Assembly: GCA_031414535.1 (NCBI GenBank)
Contig: JANNVQ010000029.1
Span: 32,001 to 96,000, forward strand
Origin: Gemmatimonas sp.
Lineage (GTDB): Bacteria; Gemmatimonadota; Gemmatimonadetes; Gemmatimonadales; Gemmatimonadaceae
Length of the DNA: 64,000 nt
Reading direction: 5' to 3'
Positions 1-8,050 of this stretch are shown here, one piece after another; position 1 is the first letter of the stretch, and each line of letters opens with the position of its first letter. Position numbers and translations under genes: made by a program. The notes under the pieces were generated by a model. It worked only from the letters and a program-made list of their open reading frames with translations, was not told the DNA's origin and did no database searches.

Positions 1-1
1 G

Positions 2-304
2 CGCGACGTGGGTGCGGTGGACCGAGTGATTGCCGATGCCGCGCCGGGCGGAATGGTGAAGATCGTGACTGACGCCAAGGGACGCGTGGTTGGCGGCCAC
101 ATTCTTGGCCCGCACGCGGGCGATATGATTGGCGAACTCACCATCGCGCTGAAGTACAAGATGACTGTCGCGCAGATGGGCGCGGTGATTCACCCGTATC
201 CAACGACCGCGGAGGCGGTGAAGCAAGCGGCAGAGATGCGGGTCAAGTCTACGTTCAGTGGCTGGAAGAAGTCGCTCGTGCGCTGGTTGGTGCGGCGGGT
301 CTGA
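2..304 (+). CDS. C-terminal part of a FAD-dependent pyridine nucleotide-disulfide oxidoreductase (dihydrolipoamide dehydrogenase / mercuric-reductase-like); 5' end outside window
   Basis: Dimerisation-domain motifs G.VKIV..KGRVVGGHILGPHAGDMI and IHPYPT..E. No C-terminal Cys-Cys pair, so not true MerA. Confidence 0.85.
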   Translation, partial: RDVGAVDRVIADAAPGGMVKIVTDAKGRVVGGHILGPHAGDMIGELTIALKYKMTVAQMGAVIHPYPTTAEAVKQAAEMRVKSTFSGWKKSLVRWLVRRV

Positions 305-1658
305 GGAGTGATACGAGAATGCCGGTGATGAAAATCAGCGGAATGCCGTACATCGCCCACGGCCAAGTGTAGCCGCCAGCCTCACCGACCACGACGAAGC
401 ACCCCACGCCCCATATCACGCCCACCACCACACTGGCCCAAGCACCGGCCGCGGTGGCACGCGGCCAGTGGAACCCGGCGAGCAGTGCAAACGCGAGTGC
501 CGCCACGGGGATGTTCGCGAGGATGAGTCGGTCGAGAATGTCGTCAACAAGAAAACTTCCGCCGAGCCAGCTCAGCAGCGCGAAGCCCGAGACGAGCGCG
601 CGCTGAGCGCGGAGGCCGAGTCCGCGCTCGCCGATGAGATCGGCCGCCGCCATCGTACCCATCGCGCTCCAGACACCCGCAAGCGTCGTAAACGCCGCGC
701 CGAGGAGCACGGCGAACCCCGCGCCTCGCAGACCAATCGGAAGCCAGCGGCGCAGCATCTCGGGAACGGCGAGCTGTGGGTCACTCAATTGCGGCAGCTC
801 CACACGAAGCGCGGCGGCAGCCAGCACGATCATTGCATACAGGAGGAAAACCAATCCCGCGCTCCACGCCACCGCCCGGAACGCCGTCTGGTCGTCCTTG
901 GCCGCAAAAATCTTCTGCCCGTACCACGGTGCCGCGATGTACGTGAAGCAGGTGAGCACCATCAATGTGACCACGAACCTTGTGGGCAACGCCGGGTGCG
1001 TCCACTGCGCAATGGGCGATACGCTGAATTGATCGGTGGGGAACACCGTCGCCAGTCCCTCAAGGCCGCCAACGCGCGTCCAGCCCACGGCGAGCAGCAC
1101 GGGGAAGAGCAGGGCCGCCGCCACAAATCCCGCGATGTCCGCGCGCACTACTGAGCGCAATCCGCCGGGCAGCACCGCGGCGAGGACCACCGCGGTGAGC
1201 ACTGCGCTGAGTGCCGGCGCCGGCCACGAGGGCAGAAACGGCTGAAACAAGAGCGTCATCGACTTCACGTACGTGGACGTGAAGCCGACCATCGCGAGCA
1301 GGAGCAGCACCGAGGCGCTGCGGCCGAGTGCCGGGGAGTAGCGGCGCGTGAACAGCTCGGCGACCGACAGTCGGTCAAAGCGCTTCCAAGCTCGAGCGAC
1401 AGTGAGCGTGTAGAACGCGAGTCCAACAAGGAATACGGCCGGAAGCGCCACCGCCATTGGCCCCGCCGCGTAGCCCGCCGCGGCAAACGCCAGCAGTGTG
1501 CTGGTGTTGAACTCGGTCATAACCAGCGTTGCAACCAACGGGAACAGCGTGAGGTCGCGCGAGGCCACTACGAAGTCCGAAGCGCTGGCCCGCTGGCGCG
1601 CGCCGGCAACAACAAAGAGAGCGACAACAGCCGCGAAGCCAGCCAGATCGATAATCAT
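255..1658 (-). CDS. Sodium:solute symporter (SSS) family transporter
   Basis: About 13 hydrophobic segments, with DF.VA.R.L, GG.RSVVRAD and Q.IFAAKD motifs. Start taken at MIIDL (1658). 3' end overlaps the upstream gene by 50 bp. Confidence 0.85.
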   Translation of the reverse strand: MIIDLAGFAAVVALFVVAGARQRASASDFVVASRDLTLFPLVATLVMTEFNTSTLLAFAAAGYAAGPMAVALPAVFLVGLAFYTLTVARAWKRFDRLSVAELFTRRYSPALGRSASVLLLLAMVGFTSTYVKSMTLLFQPFLPSWPAPALSAVLTAVVLAAVLPGGLRSVVRADIAGFVAAALLFPVLLAVGWTRVGGLEGLATVFPTDQFSVSPIAQWTHPALPTRFVVTLMVLTCFTYIAAPWYGQKIFAAKDDQTAFRAVAWSAGLVFLLYAMIVLAAAALRVELPQLSDPQLAVPEMLRRWLPIGLRGAGFAVLLGAAFTTLAGVWSAMGTMAAADLIGERGLGLRAQRALVSGFALLSWLGGSFLVDDILDRLILANIPVAALAFALLAGFHWPRATAAGAWASVVVGVIWGVGCFVVVGEAGGYTWPWAMYGIPLIFITGILVSLLRPAAPTSARATSSSH

Positions 1659-1664
1659 CAGCTT

Positions 1665-1690
1665 GGGAACTCTAATAGGGGGGGAGGTCT
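1665..1690 (+). promoter_or_regulatory. Putative ECF sigma promoter GGGAACT-N13-AGGTCT upstream of TonB receptor
   Basis: Same 13 conserved bases and same spacing as the motif at 5323-5348 before the ECF gene. GGAAC-N16-GTC is a typical ECF promoter shape. Confidence 0.7.
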
Positions 1691-1772
1691 TGCCACCTAG
1701 GCGCAATCCGCCGCGCAGCCTTATTACGTAGCTCTACCGTGCAGTTCCACCACCAGCAAAGACCTGAACGCG

Positions 1773-4709
1773 ATGATTTGTTCTCTTTTCCGCTCGGCGA
1801 TTCTGCCGCTGACTCTCACCCTCGTGCTTCCGGCCGCCCTGGCTTCGCAGTCGGTGCCCAACGTTTCTGGCACCGTGCGCGCCCAGCGCGGCTCGCCGGT
1901 GGCCGATGCCACCGTGGCCGATGCCACCGTGGCCGATTCCGGCGGCGTCTCCGTGCGTACAGATAGCCAAGGCCGATTCGGCATCGCCGTGGGTGCTGGC
2001 GGAGCGCTTCTGCGCATCACCGCACCAGGCTTTGTCCCGGCCACCCTGCGCGTGGAGCCACTCGCCGAGGGCACCCGTCGTGAACTTGCGGTTGTGCTAG
2101 TGCCGCTGCCCTCACTTGAGGTGCGCCGGATTGTCGCGGCGCAGGCGCGCCCGCTGCTCGACACCGAAACCGCGACCACCGGTGGATCAATTGAGCGAGC
2201 AGAGATCGAGGCGCTCCCCACCGACGCGCGCGACCCAATCGCATTGCTCTACAACATTCCTGGTGTCACGCCGGCGACGGGGTTCTTTGGTGATGCCCCG
2301 CGGCTGTCGTTTAACGGTGGCAATGCGCTGTACTCGCAGTACCTACTCGATGGGTTGGACAACAACGAGGGATTTCTCGGTGGCCCTCGTGTTGATCTTC
2401 CGCTCGGCGCCATTGCACGCATTGATGCCTTGGTGAACACCTATGGGACTCGCTATGGTCGCAGTCCCGACGGCGTGGTGGATGTAACATCCGCCACCGG
2501 TAGTGATCGCTGGACCGGCGACCTCTTTGTGTATGATCGTCCCGGGCGCCCCTTTGACGCTCGCACGGCCACTCCATTCGGTGGCGCGAGTGAGGCCATC
2601 GCGCGGCGCCAGGAGGGATTCCAGCGAACGCAGCTAGGCGGCTCGCTGCGCGGTGCGCTGCATCCGGGGCGCACGTTCTTCGCCAGCGCGCTCGAACTCA
2701 CGCGAGAGGACGAGGATCGCATTGGCTCTACAGCGCTCGCTCAGTTCCTCGGCACTGAAACGCGCAGCACGTGGAAGGGATTCGCGCGCCTGGACCACGG
2801 GTGGAGCCCGACGCAAACGACGACGCTCCGAGTGGCGGCGAGCAATGTGGACCGTGCCGGCAACGGCAGCGGCGTCGTAACGCCTGAAGCTGACATCAGC
2901 ACGCGGCGCGTGGGTTCCCTCACGGCGCTGACGCATCGTTCGGCACTTCGTGGCCAACGAGCCATCAACACGGCGAGCGTCCAGTTCGGAACCTTTCATT
3001 GGTACTTTCCGCCTACTGAGAGCGACTTCTCACGCCCGCAGGTGACTGTGCTCACGCCGGGGCTCGCCACGCAGGCCGTGGTTGGCTCCAGCAACTTCAT
3101 TTTTGATGAGCGCGAGAATCAGCTCCAGCTGCGCGACGTGTTTGAGACAGCACTGGGCAAAGCACACACGCTACGAATTGGCGCAGACATCGTCGCCTCA
3201 CGCTTCGAGCTTGCGGCCGCGAGCAGCAATCCCAATGGCTCGTACGTCGTGATCAACAACGGTGATATTCCCGTCCCCACGGGACGGCCGCTGTCAATCG
3301 ACGATATCCCGGCAAGCGTCGAAGTCCAGAGCTACACGATTGATGCGAGACCACAGCAGGTGAACCTCTCGCAGACGCTCTACGGCGCATTTGTCGAGGA
3401 CACCTGGCGGCCAACGCCATCGCTTACGGTAATTGTCGGTCTGCGCTGGGACTACGATGACATCACGTCGCGGGGTGAGAGCGACCCAGACCTCGACAAC
3501 ATTCAGCCCCGCGTCTCGTTTAATTGGGTGCGCACGCCGCGCGATGTGCTGCGTGGCGGCGTGGGTCGTTACGCCGGCAAGTTTCCGTACGCCATCTTCT
3601 CCGATGCCATTCAGCTCGGCGCGTCTGGCAATGCAGTCGTGACGTACAGTGGCGCATCGGCACCGGCCTTTGATGCTGGCCCAAGGGCGGGAAGTGTTCC
3701 GCCAGGCGACATCACCTCGGTGCCGCGCGAGATCTTCCGCACGTTCGCACTCGGGCTCGAGCAGCCCATCAGCTGGCAGGGTACGCTCGGCTACCAGCGG
3801 CAGGTTGGCGCGCGCTGGGGGGTGTCCGCCGACGTGGTACTCAGCCGGACGCGCAATTTGCCCTGGCTCGCGGATTTGAATCCGATTTCGCGGCGACTCA
3901 CGGCCGCTGATTCCACGCCGCAGGTCTGCGCGAGCGCCACGAGCTGTCCGGGCGACTCCTTCCGCGCGGACGATCCAACGGCGTCGGGCTATCGCCGGCT
4001 CTCCACCGCGCAATCTGGCGGTACCGCTGAGTATGCCGCGCTCTACGTGGCCGCGCGCCACGATGTCAGTGACCGTTGGCAGCTCGATGCCAACTGGGTC
4101 TGGTCGCGCGCGCAGAACGATACCGAAGACATCAACTTCTCCGCCACGCAGGGCAACTGCTTCTCGACGGATCGTCGCGATGCCGTCACGGGTGACGCCT
4201 GCACGAGCGATGAATGGGGCGACGCTAACAACGACCGCCGGCATCGTCTCACCCTGCGCAGCGTCGCGCGGTTTTCACGGGGCCTCAACTGGAGTGTGAT
4301 TGCAGACGCGCAGACGGGCGTGCCGGTCAATCGCCTTGCCGGGACCGCCGATGCGAGCGGCACGGCGCGCTTCGATCTCCTCGGTAGCGGCCCCGTGCGT
4401 GGCAACTCGTTCATCGGGAACGCCGATCGTTTCTTTGGCGTGGCACGCAACGACGAGCGTCTGCCGGGCTCGCTCACCATCTCGATGTCGCTCGCGCAGC
4501 GCTTCGCGTTGCGCGGTGGTGCGCTGGAGGCGCGGGCAGACGTGTTCAATCTGCTCAATACCCTCGTATGGGGCGGATACGCCAACGGCATCGGCGGCGG
4601 AGGGAGTCGCCTGCAATACGGCCGGCCGGGCGATCCGACCTTCCTCTTTGCCGCTGCGCCAGCGCGGCAGTTTCAATTTTCGGCGCGCTACATCTTTGGC
4701 GGCGAGTAG
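1773..4709 (+). CDS. TonB-dependent outer-membrane receptor (carboxypeptidase-regulatory N-domain, Oar-like)
   Basis: Signal peptide, SGTV..TD..GRF N-domain, plug motif Y.LDG.DN, barrel motifs FVEDTW.PTPSL...GLRWD and C-terminal ARQFQFSARYIF. Confidence 0.9.
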   Translation: MICSLFRSAILPLTLTLVLPAALASQSVPNVSGTVRAQRGSPVADATVADATVADSGGVSVRTDSQGRFGIAVGAGGALLRITAPGFVPATLRVEPLAEGTRRELAVVLVPLPSLEVRRIVAAQARPLLDTETATTGGSIERAEIEALPTDARDPIALLYNIPGVTPATGFFGDAPRLSFNGGNALYSQYLLDGLDNNEGFLGGPRVDLPLGAIARIDALVNTYGTRYGRSPDGVVDVTSATGSDRWTGDLFVYDRPGRPFDARTATPFGGASEAIARRQEGFQRTQLGGSLRGALHPGRTFFASALELTREDEDRIGSTALAQFLGTETRSTWKGFARLDHGWSPTQTTTLRVAASNVDRAGNGSGVVTPEADISTRRVGSLTALTHRSALRGQRAINTASVQFGTFHWYFPPTESDFSRPQVTVLTPGLATQAVVGSSNFIFDERENQLQLRDVFETALGKAHTLRIGADIVASRFELAAASSNPNGSYVVINNGDIPVPTGRPLSIDDIPASVEVQSYTIDARPQQVNLSQTLYGAFVEDTWRPTPSLTVIVGLRWDYDDITSRGESDPDLDNIQPRVSFNWVRTPRDVLRGGVGRYAGKFPYAIFSDAIQLGASGNAVVTYSGASAPAFDAGPRAGSVPPGDITSVPREIFRTFALGLEQPISWQGTLGYQRQVGARWGVSADVVLSRTRNLPWLADLNPISRRLTAADSTPQVCASATSCPGDSFRADDPTASGYRRLSTAQSGGTAEYAALYVAARHDVSDRWQLDANWVWSRAQNDTEDINFSATQGNCFSTDRRDAVTGDACTSDEWGDANNDRRHRLTLRSVARFSRGLNWSVIADAQTGVPVNRLAGTADASGTARFDLLGSGPVRGNSFIGNADRFFGVARNDERLPGSLTISMSLAQRFALRGGALEARADVFNLLNTLVWGGYANGIGGGGSRLQYGRPGDPTFLFAAAPARQFQFSARYIFGGE
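1899..1937 (+). repeat. In-frame 15-bp tandem repeat (GTGGCCGATGCCACC x2.6; VADAT-VADAT-VAD)
   Basis: Read directly from the sequence. Confidence 0.9.
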
Positions 4710-4718
4710 ATTCTCGCG

Positions 4719-5318
4719 ATGATTGATGAGCCCTTCCGAGCCTGGCTCGCGCGTGCCGCGAGCGCGCCCGTTCGCGGTATGCACGCCGCCGGCATCACGC
4801 CGAACGCCGTCACGGTCGCCGCGTTCGTACTGAGCGTTGCGGCCGTGCTGCCGATTGCGCGCGGAGAGTTCGCGCTCGGTATCGCATTCTGGCTCGCCGG
4901 GCGCCTGCTCGACGGCTACGATGGATTGCTGGCGAGAGTGTCGGGTCGCACTTCGCTCTTTGGCGGTTTCCTCGACATCTCGCTGGACATGTTGGCGTAC
5001 GCTGCGATGGCCGTTGCCTTCGCGTGGCAAATGCCCGCCAACCACGTGCTTTGGATGTTTGTGCTGGTGGGCTACATCGGCGTCATCACCACAACCCTTG
5101 CGTTATCGTCCCTGTTGGAGCGCGCCGACCGCCACCTCGGTGGCAACCGCTCGTTGCAGTTTACCCCCGGACTGGCTGAGGGGGGGGAGACAACGATTGC
5201 GTATGTCCTTGTTGCGTTGATGCCCGCCTGGACGCGCTGGGTGCTGACCGCGTGGATCCTGCTGTTGACCGTGACCGTGCTCGTGCGGATCCGCGCTGCA
5301 TATCGGCTGCTGCTCTGA
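4719..5318 (+). CDS. CDP-alcohol phosphatidyltransferase family protein (YnjF-like)
   Basis: DGYDG.LAR.......GGFLD...D signature, TPNAVT, and GLAEGGET. Confidence 0.85.
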   Translation: MIDEPFRAWLARAASAPVRGMHAAGITPNAVTVAAFVLSVAAVLPIARGEFALGIAFWLAGRLLDGYDGLLARVSGRTSLFGGFLDISLDMLAYAAMAVAFAWQMPANHVLWMFVLVGYIGVITTTLALSSLLERADRHLGGNRSLQFTPGLAEGGETTIAYVLVALMPAWTRWVLTAWILLLTVTVLVRIRAAYRLLL

Positions 5319-5322
5319 TGCC

Positions 5323-5348
5323 GGGAACTATCCCGAACCCGAAGGTCT
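5323..5348 (+). promoter_or_regulatory. Putative autoregulatory ECF promoter GGGAACT-N13-AGGTCT
   Basis: Lies 9 nt before the GTG of the ECF sigma gene; twin of 1665-1690. Confidence 0.7.
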
Positions 5349-5357
5349 ACCGGAAGA

Positions 5358-5945
5358 GTGACGTTTCCATCATCCGCGACATCATCGTTCGAGGCGCTCA
5401 CCCTACCGCACCTTAAGGCGGTAGCGCGTTACGCGCATTCGCTGACGCGCGAGGTCGCGGCGGCCGAGGACTTGGTGCAGGACACCTACCTCATCGCGGC
5501 CCAGAGCTGGCACACCTTCATTGCAGGCTCTGAGTGTCGGGCCTGGCTCTTCACCATCTGCCGGCACCGCTTCCTCCGCTCGCAGAAGCGCGAGCAGCGT
5601 CAAGAGCCCGTCGATGATGCGACGCTCGAGACGCTTGCAACTGCGCGCGGGCACGAGGCAGCGCGCGCGGATGGGCTGTCGGGGGCGTTTGAGCGACAGG
5701 AAGTGCTCGACGCGGTACAGGGCGCTATCGCTGCACTGCCCGAGGCGTATCGTGAGGTGGCCATCTTGGTGGATCTTCACGACAACAGTTACGAGTCCGC
5801 TGCTAGCATCCTTGGCGTCCCGGTGGGGACGGTACGATCCCGGCTCTTCCGCGCTCGTCGTTTGCTGCAGGAGCAACTGCTCACCCATGCGCGCGACCTC
5901 GGACTTGGCCGCGTCTCCAGTGCCATCAAGGAGATGTCACGATGA
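5358..5945 (+). CDS. ECF RNA polymerase sigma factor
   Basis: Region 2 AEDLVQDTY...AWLFTI; region 4 LPEAYREV...SYE.AA.ILGVPVGTVRSRLFRAR. Confidence 0.95.
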   Translation: MTFPSSATSSFEALTLPHLKAVARYAHSLTREVAAAEDLVQDTYLIAAQSWHTFIAGSECRAWLFTICRHRFLRSQKREQRQEPVDDATLETLATARGHEAARADGLSGAFERQEVLDAVQGAIAALPEAYREVAILVDLHDNSYESAASILGVPVGTVRSRLFRARRLLQEQLLTHARDLGLGRVSSAIKEMSR

Positions 5946-6208
5946 ATACAGGCCATAACCACGACGTTGACTGCAATGCCCTTGTCGCGCAACTCTGGGA
6001 CTACCTCGATGGTGAGTTGTCCACGGAGCACGTCGGCGCTTTGGAAATGCATCTCATGGCGTGCTCGCAGTGCTCCGGCCACGTTGAGTTCGAGCGTACA
6101 GTACTCGCAGCAATTCGCCAGGCTCGTACCGACGCCATCGATGCGGAGCGATTGACGTCACGGGTGCGTGGTGCGCTCGCCGCTGCTGGATTGTCAGACC
6201 CCCGCTGA
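5942..6208 (+). CDS. Zinc-binding (ZAS / zf-HC2) anti-sigma factor, soluble, RsrA/RshA-like
   Basis: C....LWDYLDGEL and HLMACSQC (HxxxCxxC); no transmembrane segment; ATGA overlap with the sigma gene. Confidence 0.9.
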   Translation: MNTGHNHDVDCNALVAQLWDYLDGELSTEHVGALEMHLMACSQCSGHVEFERTVLAAIRQARTDAIDAERLTSRVRGALAAAGLSDPR

Positions 6209-6219
6209 AGCCCACACCC

Positions 6220-6771
6220 GTGAGAACGCATTCCATGCCGTCACCCACTTCGATTCACGCCCCAACGCTGCATTTGCTGCTTGCCGCAGCACTGGTCCTT
6301 GCGGCTGCGCTGCCCACCACAGCACGGGCTCAAGTCGCGGCGGACGTACAGCGCGCGCCGCAGACGCAGCTCGGTCTCGGCCGCGGTCCAATCAATACCG
6401 ATACATCCGGCATTGCGCTGAAGGGTTACGATCCCGTGGCCTACCAGACGGCGTCGCAGGCCATGCTTGGGCTCGACTCACTCACGGCCGTGCATGATGG
6501 GGTGACGTACCGGTTTGCGAGCGCGGCCAACCGCGCGCTCTTCATTCAAGATCCAACGCGCTACACGCCCGCGTACGGCGGCTATTGCGCGATGGGAGTC
6601 GTCGGCGGCCGCAAGTTCGACATCGATCCGATGGCGTTCACTATCGTGGGCGGCCGACTCTACATGAACAAGGATATGCGCACGAGGACGATGTGGATGC
6701 GCGACATTCCTGGCTTTATCGGGCGCGCCGACACGAACTGGCCTCGCGCGCTCAGCCAGATGGGCTTCTAA
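6220..6771 (+). CDS. Exported YHS-domain protein
   Basis: Signal peptide and GYDPVAY...YRFAS.AN...F..DP.RY.PAYGGYCA signature. Confidence 0.85.
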   Translation: MRTHSMPSPTSIHAPTLHLLLAAALVLAAALPTTARAQVAADVQRAPQTQLGLGRGPINTDTSGIALKGYDPVAYQTASQAMLGLDSLTAVHDGVTYRFASAANRALFIQDPTRYTPAYGGYCAMGVVGGRKFDIDPMAFTIVGGRLYMNKDMRTRTMWMRDIPGFIGRADTNWPRALSQMGF

Positions 6772-6772
6772 C

Positions 6773-6793
6773 GGGCAGGGAACTTTGCCCTGC
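6773..6793. terminator. Short hairpin between convergent genes
   Basis: GCAGGG...CCCTGC / GGGCA...TGCCC inverted repeat between two stop codons. Confidence 0.45.
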
Positions 6794-6800
6794 ACTCGGG

Positions 6801-7460
6801 CTAGATGAACGTGGCGAGATCCGAGAGTGGCTTCTTGGTGATTACGGGTACTCGGGCCTCTGCGGCCGGGTACCCAACCACCAGCAGGAGGAAGGGCTTC
6901 TCGGACTCTGGGCGCCCAAGGATGCGATTCAGGAATCCCATTGGGCTCGGCGTGTGCGTGAGCGTCGCGAGCCCCGCGTGATGGAGCGCCGCAATGAGGA
7001 AGCCTGTGGCAATGCCCACCGACTCAGGCACATAGTAGTTGGCCCTGCGGGACCCATCGGGCATTGGGCGCCAACGTTGCGCGAAGATGGCGATGAGCCA
7101 AGGCGCGGTCTCGAGAAATGGCTTCTCCGCATCGGTGCCCAGCGGTGCGAGGTCTTCGAGCCAATCGGCAGTGGCGCGCTCAGCGTAGAACTCGCGCTCC
7201 TCCTGCTCTGCCGCCACGCGAATCTCGCGTTTGACCGTCTGGTCGGACACGCACACAAAGTGCCACGGCTGGAGGTTTGCGCCATTGGGAGCGCTGCCGC
7301 CAGCTAGGAGGCAGGTCTCGATAAGGGCCCGGGGTACTGGCTCAGGGGAGAAATCCCGTACCGAACGGCGTCGGCGGAGATCGGCGGCAAACGCTTCGGC
7401 CCGCGCCTGCATCTCATCGGCGGGGAATCGGCGATACTGGTCGAGTGGTAGCGTGTCCAC
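6801..7460 (-). CDS. Nitroreductase-fold iodotyrosine deiodinase-like flavoprotein
   Basis: [31 protein letters not shown]...[16 protein letters not shown] and LTHTPSP motifs typical of the IYD subgroup. Confidence 0.85.
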   Translation of the reverse strand: MDTLPLDQYRRFPADEMQARAEAFAADLRRRRSVRDFSPEPVPRALIETCLLAGGSAPNGANLQPWHFVCVSDQTVKREIRVAAEQEEREFYAERATADWLEDLAPLGTDAEKPFLETAPWLIAIFAQRWRPMPDGSRRANYYVPESVGIATGFLIAALHHAGLATLTHTPSPMGFLNRILGRPESEKPFLLLVVGYPAAEARVPVITKKPLSDLATFI

Positions 7461-7473
7461 GGGCGCCCAGCGG

Positions 7474-8031
7474 CTACGCGAGTACCTTCAGAGCGTCCTG
7501 ATAGCCTACGCCCTCCGTCAGGCGTTGATACACATGCGCAATGACCGCAGGGCTCGCGAGGAGGAAGCGGCATCGCGTAGCGCCGTTGGAACGGCACTCC
7601 ACTTCCATGCAGCCCAGCTGACCATCCGCCACCCGACCAAACACATCCGCGAGCATCCCGGCCGTGTAGTAGCAGCTCGGGTACGGCATAGCCGCCGCGG
7701 GATCCGACTCGGCCCAGTCCGGTGCGTCAAAAGCGACTGCGGCATCACCCAGTGGCTCGAGCGTGACGCTGCCCCAACCCGTCTCAGAAAAGAAGCGCGC
7801 GGCGGCCTGCTGGAACTGCGCGTAGGGGAGGGACTCCGGCGTGGCCATTCCATTGGCGGCACACCAGGCGCGCATTCCGGCGAGCACGCTCTCGCCGCCG
7901 GCGTAGCCCGCCTCCTGCAGGACGGTGGCGAATCCATCGCCCAAGTCGCGCACGAGCGAGGCGCGCAGCGTCGTAAGCGACGCGCGCGGAATGGCGGAGA
8001 GCGTAGTGGCGCCGAGCGTGAACGGAGTCAT
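7474..8031 (-). CDS. Stand-alone V4R (4-vinyl reductase) domain protein
   Basis: GWG motif, C.YTAG.L, and E.EC...G...C.F signature. Confidence 0.8.
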   Translation of the reverse strand: MTPFTLGATTLSAIPRASLTTLRASLVRDLGDGFATVLQEAGYAGGESVLAGMRAWCAANGMATPESLPYAQFQQAAARFFSETGWGSVTLEPLGDAAVAFDAPDWAESDPAAAMPYPSCYYTAGMLADVFGRVADGQLGCMEVECRSNGATRCRFLLASPAVIAHVYQRLTEGVGYQDALKVLA

Positions 8032-8050
8032 AGTCAGCTCTTAAGAAGGT

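Noticed and set aside
2..304. merA mercury resistance
   Set aside because: No C-terminal Cys-Cys pair and no mer genes in the window.
6778..6803. Third GGGAACT ECF promoter
   Set aside because: No AGGTCT at the required spacing; it lies in a terminator-like hairpin with no plus-strand gene downstream.
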